DNA of 64,000 nucleotides from an uncultured delta proteobacterium (GCA_963794325.1 CAWCDG010000005.1:160001-224000); one strand, 5' to 3'; positions 39,505 to 49,908 are shown, counted from the first letter of the stretch. Program-made: numbers and translations. Notes: generated by a model from the sequence alone, not told the origin.

Positions 39505-41301
39505 TCAATTCTCCGATCGATGTTCCGCAGGACCCCGGACCGGCATGAGATTGTGCGCCGTGTTGACCAGCGAGACATGGCTAAAAGCTTGCGGAAAATT
39601 TCCGAGCTGGCGGCGAAGAACGGGATCGTATTCTTCGGACAGCAGGCCGACGTCATTGCGCAGATTGAGCAGGCGGATGAATAGCTCGCGCGCCTCCTGA
39701 TTACGTTCGGCCATCGCGTAGTTGTCGGCGAGCCAGAAGCTGCACGGCACGAACGCTCCCTCACCCGGCGGGAGGCCGTCGACGCTGGTCTCAGTCGGGT
39801 ATCTGAGCACCAGGCCTTTGTAGATAAGTTCGCGCTCGATTGCAGCGACTGTCGAAACTACCCGCGGATCATTTGCAGGCAAAAACCCGACCAGCGGGAT
39901 CATCAGTAGCGACGCGTCGAGACCCTTCGATCCGTAGTACTGGACGAACGCATTACGGTCTGCATCAAAACCACGGGTGCAAACGTCGCGATGAATCTCG
40001 TCGCGCAGCGCTCGCCATCGATCGATCGGGCCTTCGGCGAAGCCGTGCTGAATCTCCTTCACCGATCGATCGACTGCCACCCACGACATCACCTTCGAGT
40101 GCGTGAAATCTCGGCGAGGGCCGCGCACCTCCCAGATTCCCTCGTCAGGTTGCTTCCATCCCGATTCGAGAAAATCCATCAGCGCGGTTTGCAGCCGCCA
40201 CGCGTCGTCGTTGCGTTCCAGCTTGTATTTTCGCGCGACGTGCAACGTGTCGATAACTTCACCGTAGACGTCGAGCTGGAACTGCTGATGCGCGGCGTTG
40301 CCAACCCGCACCGGCGTGCTTTTCTCATAGCCAGAGAGCCACGGCAACTCTATTTCAGTGAGCATTCGCTCGCCCGCGACTCCGTACATGATCTGAGTAT
40401 CTTGCGGATGACCTGCTATTGCTCTGAGTAGCCATTCGCGCCACGCGCGCGCCTCATCCATATAGCCAGAAATCAATAGTGCGTAGAGAGTAAAAGTAGA
40501 ATCGCGAAGCCAGCAGAATCGATAATCCCAGTTGCGCGGACCGCCGAGACTTTCGGGAAGCGAAGTGGTCGGCGCCGCAAGGATACCTCCAGTTGGACTA
40601 TACGTGAGAGCCTTTAGCGTGATCAGCGACCGCACTACCGCTTCGCGCCATTCGCCCTGGCAAGTGCAGCGAGATGCCCAATCGCGCCATCGCTGCTCGG
40701 TAGTCGATAGCATGTTGAGCGTATCGGCGTCGCCCGGCTCCTCTTCGTGCGAAGGATAACTGGTCAACCGGAACGTCTCAGTTTGACCTTCGCCAATAGT
40801 GAATTCAGCAAATGTCGTATAGTCTTTGCTCTTCAAAGGTACCGCAGTTCTAAAGGCAATCGCGCTTGGCCCCGATACTGCGCTGATACCATAGTCGCGT
40901 TTTCGCACCCACGGGAGCGTGCGGCCATAGTCGAATCGGAAGATGATTTCCATGCGCATCGGCACCTGCCCCCGGATGCCTTTCACGATTCGAATCACAT
41001 CGACCTGCTCGGGGCGCTCGGCGACCGGCATGAAATCGATCACGGTCGCCACGCCGCTTTCAGTCTCGAATTCTGTTTCGAGCACAAGCGTATCTTTCCG
41101 ATACTTCCGCCGGACCTGCTTGACGCCGCCATCGGGCGCCAGCAGCCAGCGTCCGTTGGACTCGTCTCCGAGAATCGCCGCGAAGCATGCCCCTGAATCA
41201 AATCGCGGCAGACATAACCAGTCGATGGAACCGGAGCGATCGACGAGCGCCGCCGTGCGCAGGTTTCCGATCAGTGTGTAGTTCTCGATCGGGCTGCTCA
41301 C
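39505..41301 (-). CDS. GH15 glucoamylase/trehalase
   Basis: IDWLCLPRFDS, AAPTTSLPE, WDYRFCWLRD, QLDVYGE, GIWEVR, GNFPQAFSH. Confidence 0.92.
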   Translation of the reverse strand: MSSPIENYTLIGNLRTAALVDRSGSIDWLCLPRFDSGACFAAILGDESNGRWLLAPDGGVKQVRRKYRKDTLVLETEFETESGVATVIDFMPVAERPEQVDVIRIVKGIRGQVPMRMEIIFRFDYGRTLPWVRKRDYGISAVSGPSAIAFRTAVPLKSKDYTTFAEFTIGEGQTETFRLTSYPSHEEEPGDADTLNMLSTTEQRWRDWASRCTCQGEWREAVVRSLITLKALTYSPTGGILAAPTTSLPESLGGPRNWDYRFCWLRDSTFTLYALLISGYMDEARAWREWLLRAIAGHPQDTQIMYGVAGERMLTEIELPWLSGYEKSTPVRVGNAAHQQFQLDVYGEVIDTLHVARKYKLERNDDAWRLQTALMDFLESGWKQPDEGIWEVRGPRRDFTHSKVMSWVAVDRSVKEIQHGFAEGPIDRWRALRDEIHRDVCTRGFDADRNAFVQYYGSKGLDASLLMIPLVGFLPANDPRVVSTVAAIERELIYKGLVLRYPTETSVDGLPPGEGAFVPCSFWLADNYAMAERNQEARELFIRLLNLRNDVGLLSEEYDPVLRRQLGNFPQAFSHVSLVNTAHNLMPVRGPAEHRSEN

Positions 41302-43068
41302 TCGACCCCTCCCGTTGATCGATCTGGGTCTCTAGGCGTCAGGATCGCGACGGTGACCGGTGATAGATCGATCATGGAGCCATCTATTCGAGCGCCGGGC
41401 TTCGACGCGAGCGCAATTCGCAGCTTAGTAACATCTTGCGCGAGCGGTATGCGCCCAGGAGTCCGAGCGAAGTTGCAAATCACTATTGCCGCTCCGCGCT
41501 TGACGCGTATCCATTGCGCCGCTTCGTCGAAGCTGACTGCCTCGGGATCGAGCCGGCCGTTCTCAAAATCCGGCACGCATCGGCGAAGAGCCATCAGTTG
41601 CCGATACCATTCGAAAATCTCGCGATGCTCCCCGCGCTCGCGCTCGTCCCAATCCAGCCTGGATCGCTCGAATGTCTGGATTGCCTGCGGATCGGGAACC
41701 TCAGATTCATCGGCGACGAAATGTGCGAATTCCGCTCGGCGGCCTTTGCGTACAGACTCAGCAAGCGCAGGATCCTGATGATCGGTGAAATACTGAAACG
41801 GGCTCGACGCGCTCCACTCTTCGCCTTGGAATAGCAGCGGGATAAACGGCGAGGTCATCAGGATCGCTGCGGAAATCTTGAGTTGATCAATCGTCACCAG
41901 ATGCCCAATACGGTCGCCCTTCGCGCGATTACCGACCTGATCGTGATTCTGCATGAACACAACAAATCGATGGGCCGAAAGCCCGAGCACCGGCCTGCCA
42001 TGCCTGCGCCGCCGGCTCTTCGAATACGTACCGTCGTAAACGAAGCCGCGCGTAAGACACTTCGCGAGCTGCGCGATCGATCCGAAGTCGCCCAGGTAGC
42101 CGGCGGTTTCGCCTGTCAGGATAGTATGCAGCGCGTGATGAAAATCGTCGTTCCATTGCGCGTCCAGGCCGTAGCCACCCGCCTCGCGCGCGCGTGACGA
42201 TGCGCGGCTGGTTGAGATCGCTTTCCGCGATCACAATCAGATGACGCCCCACTTCGGCTTCGAGCTGATCGACCTCCGCGCCGAGTTGCTCGAGAAAATG
42301 AATCGCGGAGGCGTCGAAAATCGCGTGAACCGCATCTATCCGCAGCCCGTCGACACGATAGTCGCGCAGCCACATCAATGCGTTGTCGCAAAGAAATCGC
42401 CGGACCTCGTCGCTGTCCCGGTCGTCGAGATTAACTGCGTCGCCCCACGGCGTGCGATAGCGATCGGTAAAGTAGGAACCGAATTTCGCCAGGTAGTTAC
42501 CCTCCGGACCAAGGTGGTTGTATACGACATCGAGAATGACACCGAGGCCGTGACCATGCGCCGCATCGACGAAGCGCTTCATCGCGTCGGGGCCGCCGTA
42601 CAAATGATGCGGTGCGAAGAGATCGACGCCGTCGTAGCCCCATCCGCGCTCACCTGAGAACTCGGCCACCGGCATCAGCTCGACGTGCGTTACGCCTAGA
42701 TCGCGCAGATAGCCCAACCGCTCGATAGCAGCGTCAAAGGTGCCCGCGGGCGTGAACGTGCCGATGTGGCATTCGTAAATGATCGCAAACGATAGAGGCG
42801 CCGGCTGCCACTTCGTACTGCGCCACTCGAACGCCGAATGATCCACGGGCCGCGAGAATCCATGCACGCCGCTGGGCTGATACGGCGAACGCGGATCAGG
42901 CAACGGCGGGCCGCCATCGATGCTGAAGGCATAATCAGCGCGGGCCAATTCGGGACTCAGTTCAGCATGCCACCATCCGCCGTTTCCGCGACGCAGCGCG
43001 ACGCGCTCATTTGCCGTCACCATCGCGACACTCGCCGCCGACGGCGCCCACACGCTGCGCCGATTCAC
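41298..43068 (-). CDS. treZ: Malto-oligosyltrehalose trehalohydrolase (apparent frameshift near 42190)
   Basis: VWAP, WGYDGV, DVVYNHLGPEGNY, RIDAVHAI; second frame carries DAQWNDDFHH, QNHDQVGNR, LFQGEEW. Confidence 0.9.
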
Positions 43069-43070
43069 TG

Positions 43071-45719
43071 CTAGTTCCCTTCACGCGCGAGCAACACAAC
43101 CGGAAATCGGCGCATCAGCTCGGTAAGTTTTATGTGACTAGGGCGCAATCGATCGCCGGTCAGGTGATTCCTCCATTCGCCGCGCGGCAATTCTACTTCA
43201 GTGTCTTGCCAATCGCCGCCGAGCTTCGCCACCAGCCGCGGCGCAATCGCCACGACTGATTCGCCGCGAATGAACGCGACGACGTGATCGCGACGCGCTC
43301 CGCGAACCTCGAGTGGCTCGACTCCAGCTTGCGGGCCGAACCACGCCGGATGTTTCTTGCGCAGCGCCAGACCCTGCCGAATCAGCCACAGCTTGGGCAC
43401 GCCCTCGTCGAAACGCTTCATCACCTGTTCGGGCGTTGCTTTTCTGAGATCGGCCAGCATTCGCCGGCGCAGGTCGAAATCCTGCGGCCGCCGATTGTCG
43501 GGATCCACCAACGCGAGATTCCATAGCTCTGTGCCTTGATAAAAGTCGGGCACGCCGGGCGCGACAATCTTCAACAACGTTTGTGCGAGCGAATTTATCC
43601 GCCCGGGGTGAATCAGCAACCCAACAAAGTTCGTCAGCGATTCAATGAAATCGGAGTCGTCGTAGATGCCGTCGATGAATTTCCGTACCGCCTCCTCGTA
43701 CACCGGCACCGGGTCGGTCCACGACGTATATACTTTGGCTTCGCGCTCCGCCTTTTCCGCGTAAGCGAGCATTCGCGATTTTTCGATCGGCCACGCACCG
43801 ACCATCGACTGGTAGATGTGATATTCAAAGTTTCGATCCGGCATCTCACCGGTGCGATGGCGTTCGTTTATCGCGGCCCATTCAATTACCGCACGGCTCC
43901 ATCGCTCGCGTTCTTCCGAAAGAAGAAAGAGGCGCGCCCGCACGTCTTCGCTGCGCTTGGTGTCGTGCGTCGACGTCGCCAGCATCGTGTGCGGCCAGTG
44001 ACTATGCATCCTCCGGCACCACGCGATGAATTCCGCGGGCGTGACGCCAAAACATTCCGGATCACCGCCGACTTCGTTGAGCGCCAGCATCCGGTTGAAG
44101 GAATAGAAAGCGGTGTCCTCGACACCCTTGGCCATGATGGCGGCGGAAATCTGCTGAAAGCGAAGAGCCAACTCCGCGCCCATCTTTCCGCCGGCCCGGA
44201 GACTCAGGATGTCGCGAAGGAAATCGAATAGGCGCGCGTCCAGATCTGATCGGTATGCCTTGGCGTCATCGATGGCAGCCGAGATTTGACACTCATCTTC
44301 CGTAGCAACTTCGCTCGGCTCGCGAACGTAGGTGCGATATACGGGCAGGGATGCCATTGTCGCGCGAATGACCTCGTGGGCTTCGTGCCGCGTGTAATCG
44401 CGATGCAGGCGGTCAGCCTCGCAAAGGTCCAGCAGCATCGCCGTCAGCGTGTTGATCTCGCTGCCCAGCGTATCGCGCATAGCAAATTGTTTGCGGGCAC
44501 GAACCAGCGCACCGTAGTCGGCCGACTCCCCGGTAAATTCACGGTAGAAGTCCGTCAACGGCTGTGCGCCCTCGGGATCGACGAACAATCGACCTACGAC
44601 GTTCAGAAAATCGTAACCAGTGGTGCCTTCGATTGCCCACGATTCACGAAGACTCTCAGAGCCAAGGAGAATCTTCTCCGCGACGATCCAGGTGTCGGGG
44701 CACGCTGCCCGCAAGCGCTGAAAATATTGAAGCGGATCGCGCAATCCGTCGGGATGATCGACCCTCAGTCCCGACACACGGCGCTCGGCAGCCCATCGCA
44801 TCACCAATTGATGGGTCGCGTAGAACACCCGCTCGTTTTCGATCCGGAGACCGACCAGTGAGTTGATATCGAAGAAACGCCGGTAACCGAGATCGCGCGC
44901 GGCCATTCGCCAATACGCGATGCGGTAGTTCTGCTGCTCGAGAAATTCGTGCAGCCGGTCGGGATCGGCATTCAGTTGTGAGACGACTTCGTCAATCGCG
45001 TTCGCGGCCACCCGGTCCTCGCGCAGCAGCTTTGCGAGCATTTCGGCCAGCAGCTTCTGATCGCGATGCCGCCGCGTGATGCTCACGAGATCAGTCGAGG
45101 CCGGCGACGGTAACGCGTCGAATCCGTCCGCGAGAAATGCGAGCGCTTCGCTTCCGCACTTCAGCGCCGCCGGCGCAAGGATCTGCCACAACGACCGCGG
45201 CGCTACCGGGAACACTCGATGACCGTCGTGTACTTCGAACTTGTCGCTGTCGCGAACGACCTTCAATTTTCCAGCCGCGAGCAGGACCCCGTATTGGTCC
45301 TCGAGCACTGGCATCAGCACTGTATTGTGGATGCGCCGCTCCGGCGGTTCCCAATCGACGTCGAAGAACTCCGCGAACGCGCTCGACGGCCCGTTTTCCA
45401 GAACGTCCCACCACCATGGATTCTCGCGATCGATCGCCATGTGATTCGGCACGATGTCGAGCAGATTGCCCATGCCGGATCTTTCGAGCGCGGCGCACAT
45501 TCTGTCGAAGGCGGGATCGCCGCCCAACTCCCGGCTCACTTTCGAGTGATCGACGACGTCGTAGCCGTGAGTGCTGCCCGGCGCGGCTTGAAACAAAGGC
45601 GAGCAATAGAGATGGTCGATACCCAGTTCTTCCAGGTACGGAATAATCTTCGCCGCATCGTCGAAGCCGAACTGACTATTCAACTGGATGCGGTAAGTGG
45701 ATAGCGGTTCACGCAGCAC
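43071..45719 (-). CDS. treY: Malto-oligosyltrehalose synthase
   Basis: STYRIQL, GSTHGYDV, DIVPNHM, YRRFFDI, RVDHPDGL, STHDTKRSED, LVDPDNRR. Confidence 0.96.
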   Translation of the reverse strand: MLREPLSTYRIQLNSQFGFDDAAKIIPYLEELGIDHLYCSPLFQAAPGSTHGYDVVDHSKVSRELGGDPAFDRMCAALERSGMGNLLDIVPNHMAIDRENPWWWDVLENGPSSAFAEFFDVDWEPPERRIHNTVLMPVLEDQYGVLLAAGKLKVVRDSDKFEVHDGHRVFPVAPRSLWQILAPAALKCGSEALAFLADGFDALPSPASTDLVSITRRHRDQKLLAEMLAKLLREDRVAANAIDEVVSQLNADPDRLHEFLEQQNYRIAYWRMAARDLGYRRFFDINSLVGLRIENERVFYATHQLVMRWAAERRVSGLRVDHPDGLRDPLQYFQRLRAACPDTWIVAEKILLGSESLRESWAIEGTTGYDFLNVVGRLFVDPEGAQPLTDFYREFTGESADYGALVRARKQFAMRDTLGSEINTLTAMLLDLCEADRLHRDYTRHEAHEVIRATMASLPVYRTYVREPSEVATEDECQISAAIDDAKAYRSDLDARLFDFLRDILSLRAGGKMGAELALRFQQISAAIMAKGVEDTAFYSFNRMLALNEVGGDPECFGVTPAEFIAWCRRMHSHWPHTMLATSTHDTKRSEDVRARLFLLSEERERWSRAVIEWAAINERHRTGEMPDRNFEYHIYQSMVGAWPIEKSRMLAYAEKAEREAKVYTSWTDPVPVYEEAVRKFIDGIYDDSDFIESLTNFVGLLIHPGRINSLAQTLLKIVAPGVPDFYQGTELWNLALVDPDNRRPQDFDLRRRMLADLRKATPEQVMKRFDEGVPKLWLIRQGLALRKKHPAWFGPQAGVEPLEVRGARRDHVVAFIRGESVVAIAPRLVAKLGGDWQDTEVELPRGEWRNHLTGDRLRPSHIKLTELMRRFPVVLLAREGN

Positions 45720-45971
45720 GGCGCATTACGACCAGCGATCGCGATTCAATATTTATCTTTGTGCCGGCGGATCGCTGCCATTGGTCCTCGGCGGGCGCAT
45801 CCCCGTTCCTCGTGTCCAGCACCCTGGTCCAGCTCTGACCCCGTATTTCAGGAGGTAGCACGAACTCCACAGGTTCCCAATGAGCGTTGAAGAAAAGTTT
45901 ACCCCCGCCCCGTCCCCGTTCGCCCCTTGCGGGTAAGGGTTCCCGGGCATCGTTCTGATCGTGCCGTTCAT
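45709..45971 (-). pseudogene. glgX: Internally deleted glgX/treX remnant
   Basis: GlgX-like N-terminus PGNPYPQGA..DGAGVNFS joined out of frame to GlgX-like C-terminus FNAHWEPVEFVLP..WTRVLDT..SRSLVVM, in the usual glgX position before treY. Confidence 0.75.
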
Positions 45972-46033
45972 CGGGCAATGGACATCTCGTTCAGTTTGGA
46001 AGTTTGAGTCAAAAATTTTTCCCGGCCTGAATC

Positions 46034-46050
46034 AGCAAGAGCAAGGCCAA
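46034..46050 (-). promoter_or_regulatory. Putative sigma-54 promoter of the glgX'-treY-treZ operon
   Basis: Minus strand TTGGCCTtgctcTTGCT, GG-N10-GC. Confidence 0.6.
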
Positions 46051-46297
46051 TAAAAGGTTCCAAACCTCTTAAGTTTTTTCGAGATCGACAAGTAATATTT
46101 ACAAATTTTGAAGCAGCTATGAATAAATTACCTGGCCAGGAAACCTCAATCGGTTGCGCCTCTCACCTACGCCAACTTTTGCGAGACCGTGATGGAATCC
46201 GCGCAGGCTGCGATATGTAACTAATCCTAGTTAAGAAAAAACTACTGATTTCACGGGTGCGGCTGACCGCTGTTCACGTTACGCCTACGCAATTTCG

Positions 46298-46313
46298 CGG
46301 CACATTGATTGCT
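46298..46313 (+). promoter_or_regulatory. Putative sigma-54 promoter, divergent from the one at 46034
   Basis: CGGCACattgaTTGCT, near-consensus -24/-12. Confidence 0.65.
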
Positions 46314-46383
46314 TCTTTGCCGTTGAATCGATCGTAAAGAACAGCTTGAACGCCCTGTCGAGCATCGATGGAGAAATGGTCAA

Positions 46384-46690
46384 ATGCCCGGAGCAGGCGC
46401 GGCTGACTTCGTCAAAACCTCGTCTGTTGAGGATTGTAACTACGCCGCGGTGATCCTTGCGGGAGGCGACGGCGTTCGTCTCAGTTCCTTCAGCCGCGAG
46501 GTCTTCGGCTATCACCTCCCGAAAGAATTCTGCCCCGCTGTTCGAGGGCAAGACCTTGCTCGAGCAGACAATGTACCGGGTCTCGCTGCTCGTACCTCCC
46601 TCGCAAACGTTGACGGTGCTGAATCGCGCCCATCGCCAATTCTATTCTCCGTTACTCAACGGAACTGCTACCAGCAACCTGTATTTTGGG
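46384..46690 (+). pseudogene. Truncated mannose-1-phosphate guanylyltransferase-like fragment
   Basis: AVILAGGDGVRL...PKEFCP, then after a +1 shift LFEGKTLLEQTMYRV..TVLNRAH; similarity is lost after about 100 codons. Confidence 0.7.
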
Positions 46691-46701
46691 AGGAAACCAA
46701 A

Positions 46702-47004
46702 GTGTCCGCAGAAGCCAACCCTTCGCAGTTACCGGCGGTCAAGAACAGATCAGTCGAAGCAAAGCGGTTCAGGATCATAAGTGAGAAATACACCGGCCCA
46801 GACTTACGTGAATTTCCGATCGCATCCACCGTCCCGAGCATGCCCCTGGCTATCCGCGACGAAGTCCTCGACCTATACGCGTTTCTCTTCTGCCAGGGCG
46901 GATTTCGGCATCTTGGCATGACCTTCGAACAATTCCTGCTGGTGCTCGCGACTTTCAAGCCGGCCGACTTGACGGCAACTATCAAAGAAACAATTGGGTA
47001 TTGA
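46702..47004 (+). CDS. Small hypothetical protein (100 aa)
   Basis: GGGAGG RBS followed by GTG at 46702; open frame to 47004. Confidence 0.55.
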   Translation: MSAEANPSQLPAVKNRSVEAKRFRIISEKYTGPDLREFPIASTVPSMPLAIRDEVLDLYAFLFCQGGFRHLGMTFEQFLLVLATFKPADLTATIKETIGY

Positions 47005-47025
47005 ATCTTAAGCGTAGGCGGATAG

Positions 47026-47250
47026 ATGAATAGAAACAGCGTGGCGACAATCGGCCATTTCACTAAAGACGAACCCGGCTTGCTCGACGGCCAGTGGCAC
47101 TATGTCAGCGTAAGCTATGGCGGCAAGCAGATGGGATTACTGGTCGAGACCGACGACGAAGATGAGGCATGGCAGGAAGCAGAAGACCTGCGCCGCGCCT
47201 TCGGCGCCGACGCCAGAATCACCGCCGTCCAGAAAGTCGTCGTCCAATAA
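47026..47250 (+). CDS. Small hypothetical protein (74 aa)
   Basis: Follows the previous ORF closely with host-like codon use. Confidence 0.5.
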   Translation: MNRNSVATIGHFTKDEPGLLDGQWHYVSVSYGGKQMGLLVETDDEDEAWQEAEDLRRAFGADARITAVQKVVVQ

Positions 47251-47362
47251 TCTTGTCCGCGCTTCGGACGTCCTGGCCTGCCCACATTTTCTTTTTCGCC
47301 GAATCCAAGGCTTGAAGCATAAGATGTCCTCACCGCTAACGCCGGACGCCGGAGTGTCTGTC

Positions 47363-47451
47363 GAGATTCTTCGCTACAGCAGCTTTCACTCAGAATGACA
47401 CGAATGGCGGGCTCGGCTTCTTGTGTCATCCTGAGCGCAGCGAAGGATTTC
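47363..47451. repeat. Inverted pair of TGTCATCCTGAG..CGAAGGAT-type repeats
   Basis: gagattcttcgct..ctcagaatgacac versus gtgtcatcctgagcgcagcgaaggatttc. Confidence 0.75.
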
Positions 47452-47544
47452 GCGCGGCAGCGCGCTTCGCACCGACACCCGTCAAATCGCCCTGGGTTGT
47501 CACAGCATTTTTGCTATGTTTGGAAAAATACCTGAATCGATGAC

Positions 47545-48300
47545 TTACGGGGACGTAGCAACCAAAAACTCCATCACCACTTCCTTGAATCGCGGATCAC
47601 CCGGGGCCGTCATATGGTCGCGGCCTTCGAGCATCACCAGCCGCGCTCCCGGGATCATTGTCGCCAAAGGCTTGGGATCGCCGATCGCGTTGTCGTTGGC
47701 TCCTATGACGATCAGCACCGGCAGCCGCACTGCCGCGAGCCTGGCGGGATCGAACGGCGACCGTTCCGCGTCAATCAGCGCGGCCAGCGCCTTCAGGTCG
47801 TTGGGCATCGACTCTGCAAATCGCCGGTACGCTTTTGCCACCGGACTCTTGATCGTCGCGGGATCGTCGGCGCGATAAGCCTCTGCAATCGCGTCGCGAT
47901 CCGCTTTGTCCTCGAGCCCGTCGTCGTATGCGATTCCACCGAGCACGATCGCGCGGAAGCGCTCCGGACACGACAGCATTAGCTCGATCGCGATGCTCGC
48001 GCCCATCGAGTAGCCGATCAGGATCGCGCGCTCGATTCCAAGATGGTCCATCAGGCGCGTCACGTCGGCACCCATACTCGCGTAACCGTACGCCTCGGGC
48101 GCATGCGGCTGGTCGCTCAGTCCATGCCCGCGAACGTCGGGCGCAATCACCCGATACCTCTCCGACAGCGTGGCCATCCACCCGGTGCCGCCCCAGTTAT
48201 GCGCCGCCGTCGAAGCAAAACCATGCACCAGCACGACGGCCTCGCCCGCGCCAACGTCCTGATAGTGAATCCTGACGCCCACTGAATCGAAATACGGCAT
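47545..48300 (-). CDS. Alpha/beta hydrolase
   Basis: LVHGF, DVRGHGLS, GYSMG nucleophile elbow, C-terminal Asp and His. Confidence 0.9.
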   Translation of the reverse strand: MPYFDSVGVRIHYQDVGAGEAVVLVHGFASTAAHNWGGTGWMATLSERYRVIAPDVRGHGLSDQPHAPEAYGYASMGADVTRLMDHLGIERAILIGYSMGASIAIELMLSCPERFRAIVLGGIAYDDGLEDKADRDAIAEAYRADDPATIKSPVAKAYRRFAESMPNDLKALAALIDAERSPFDPARLAAVRLPVLIVIGANDNAIGDPKPLATMIPGARLVMLEGRDHMTAPGDPRFKEVVMEFLVATSP

Positions 48301-48351
48301 CGCGAAATCTCCTCGCCTGATACCTTAATCGTTGGCCGTCGTATCTGTATA

Positions 48352-49011
48352 ATGATGCAGACGATGGCGATTGACCTCGAAAGTGCGCGAGAGCGGATGG
48401 TGCTCGAGCAGCTCGAACGCCGCGGCATCAAAGATCCGCGCGTGCTCGAGGCGATGCGCACCGTACCGCGCCATCGATTCCTTCCCGCGGAGCTTCACGA
48501 TCACGCCTACGACGATGGTCCGCTGCCGATTGGCGACTCGCAGACCATCTCGCAGCCCTACATGGTCGCGCTGATGAGCGAAGTCGCCGAGCTCACCGGC
48601 ACCGAGAAAGTTCTCGAAGTCGGCACCGGCTCCGGCTACCAGACCGCGGTGCTCGCGCGCCTCGCGCGCATCGTCGTTTCGGTCGAGCTCAACGCTCATC
48701 TTCACGATCGCGCCCGTGTGATTCTCAATTCGATTGGCGTCGGCAACGTCTATCTTCGATGCGGCGACGGTTCGGACGGATGGCCCGAAGAAGCGCCGTT
48801 CGACGTGGTGATGGTAACGGCGGCGATGCCCGGCATCGCGCTGCCGCTGCTGAATCAACTGACGCCGCAAGGCCGTTTGATAGCGCCGATCGGCGAAGAC
48901 GAACTCCAGACCCTGGTGCGTATCAGCCGCAGGACGGGTCGCTGGAACGAGGAATATTTCGGCGAGTGCCGATTCGTAAAGATGACCGGCAAGCTCGGCT
49001 TCCAGGATTAG
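48352..49011 (+). CDS. pcm: Protein-L-isoaspartate O-methyltransferase
   Basis: VPRHRF, QTISQPYMV, VLEVGTGSGYQ, GW.EEAPFD. Confidence 0.95.
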   Translation: MMQTMAIDLESARERMVLEQLERRGIKDPRVLEAMRTVPRHRFLPAELHDHAYDDGPLPIGDSQTISQPYMVALMSEVAELTGTEKVLEVGTGSGYQTAVLARLARIVVSVELNAHLHDRARVILNSIGVGNVYLRCGDGSDGWPEEAPFDVVMVTAAMPGIALPLLNQLTPQGRLIAPIGEDELQTLVRISRRTGRWNEEYFGECRFVKMTGKLGFQD

Positions 49012-49049
49012 CGTACTGACATTTCGTATTTCACGGGACCCGCAGGGAT

Positions 49050-49853
49050 GTGGTGCGGGGCGGTGACGGAGCGGCGGATGACGTGATCGAGGCGGGGACT
49101 AGCAGACACACGCGATGGATCTCGCGCGCGAGCGCGGTGGTCGCGATCGCGATTTCAATCGCGCTGGCCGGATGCGGCGATAGCACGCCGCCTTCGAGCA
49201 GACTCCCGATTGGTCCGCAACGCCCAGTCACTCACGTCGTCGCGCCGGGCGAGACTGTCTATCGTATCGCTACCGAATACGGGGTCAGTGTCGGGCGCCT
49301 CATGACGGCGAACGGGATCGGCGATCCGCGCGAGTTGCGCGTAGGCGAGGTGCTGACGATTCCCGGCGCATATCGCGCTGTTTCGATCGGCACAGCGTCC
49401 AGCGGAGTGCATCGATATGCCGGCGAGCGCGCATCGCGGCAATTCTCATGGCCGGTGCAGAATGGAGTGGTATCGTCGGGATTCGGAATCCGCAACGGCG
49501 CGATGCACAGCGGCGTCGACATCGCTGCGCCCGTCGGCACTCCGGTTCTTGCCGCGGACAGTGGCACTGTGATTTTTTCGGGCACCCTCCACGGTTACGG
49601 CAACACTGTGATCATCCGTCACGACGACGAGTACGCTACGGTTTATGGGCATAACTCGCGCAATCTTGTGGTCGAAGGCGCGCGAGTCTCACGCGGACAG
49701 GAGATCGGCGAGATCGGACGCACCGGACACACCACCGGCGCCAATCTCCATTTCGAAGTGCGCCACGACAACCTCGCCCAAGATCCGCTCGCGTATCTGC
49801 CAGAGCCCGCGACCTCCGATGGAATCAGCTTTGCCGCGGCCGGCGGCAGCTAG
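49050..49853 (+). CDS. LysM + M23 peptidase lipoprotein (NlpD-like)
   Basis: Lipobox LAGC, LysM HVVAPGETVYRIA, HSGVD, YGH, LHFEVR; follows pcm. Confidence 0.88.
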   Translation: MVRGGDGAADDVIEAGTSRHTRWISRASAVVAIAISIALAGCGDSTPPSSRLPIGPQRPVTHVVAPGETVYRIATEYGVSVGRLMTANGIGDPRELRVGEVLTIPGAYRAVSIGTASSGVHRYAGERASRQFSWPVQNGVVSSGFGIRNGAMHSGVDIAAPVGTPVLAADSGTVIFSGTLHGYGNTVIIRHDDEYATVYGHNSRNLVVEGARVSRGQEIGEIGRTGHTTGANLHFEVRHDNLAQDPLAYLPEPATSDGISFAAAGGS

Positions 49854-49908
49854 TATCTTTGACCACCGCACGCGCGACGCGCGCGACGCCACTGCGATGG
49901 AATCAAGG

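Noticed and set aside
46384-47004. 206-aa ORF as one fusion protein
   Set aside because: Chance read-through: the transferase similarity shifts frame near 46535 and the distal part has its own RBS and GTG.
17228-47500. tRNA-Pro-anchored integrative island carrying the glucan block
   Set aside because: No integrase, and I found no duplicated tRNA 3' end (attR) in the window.
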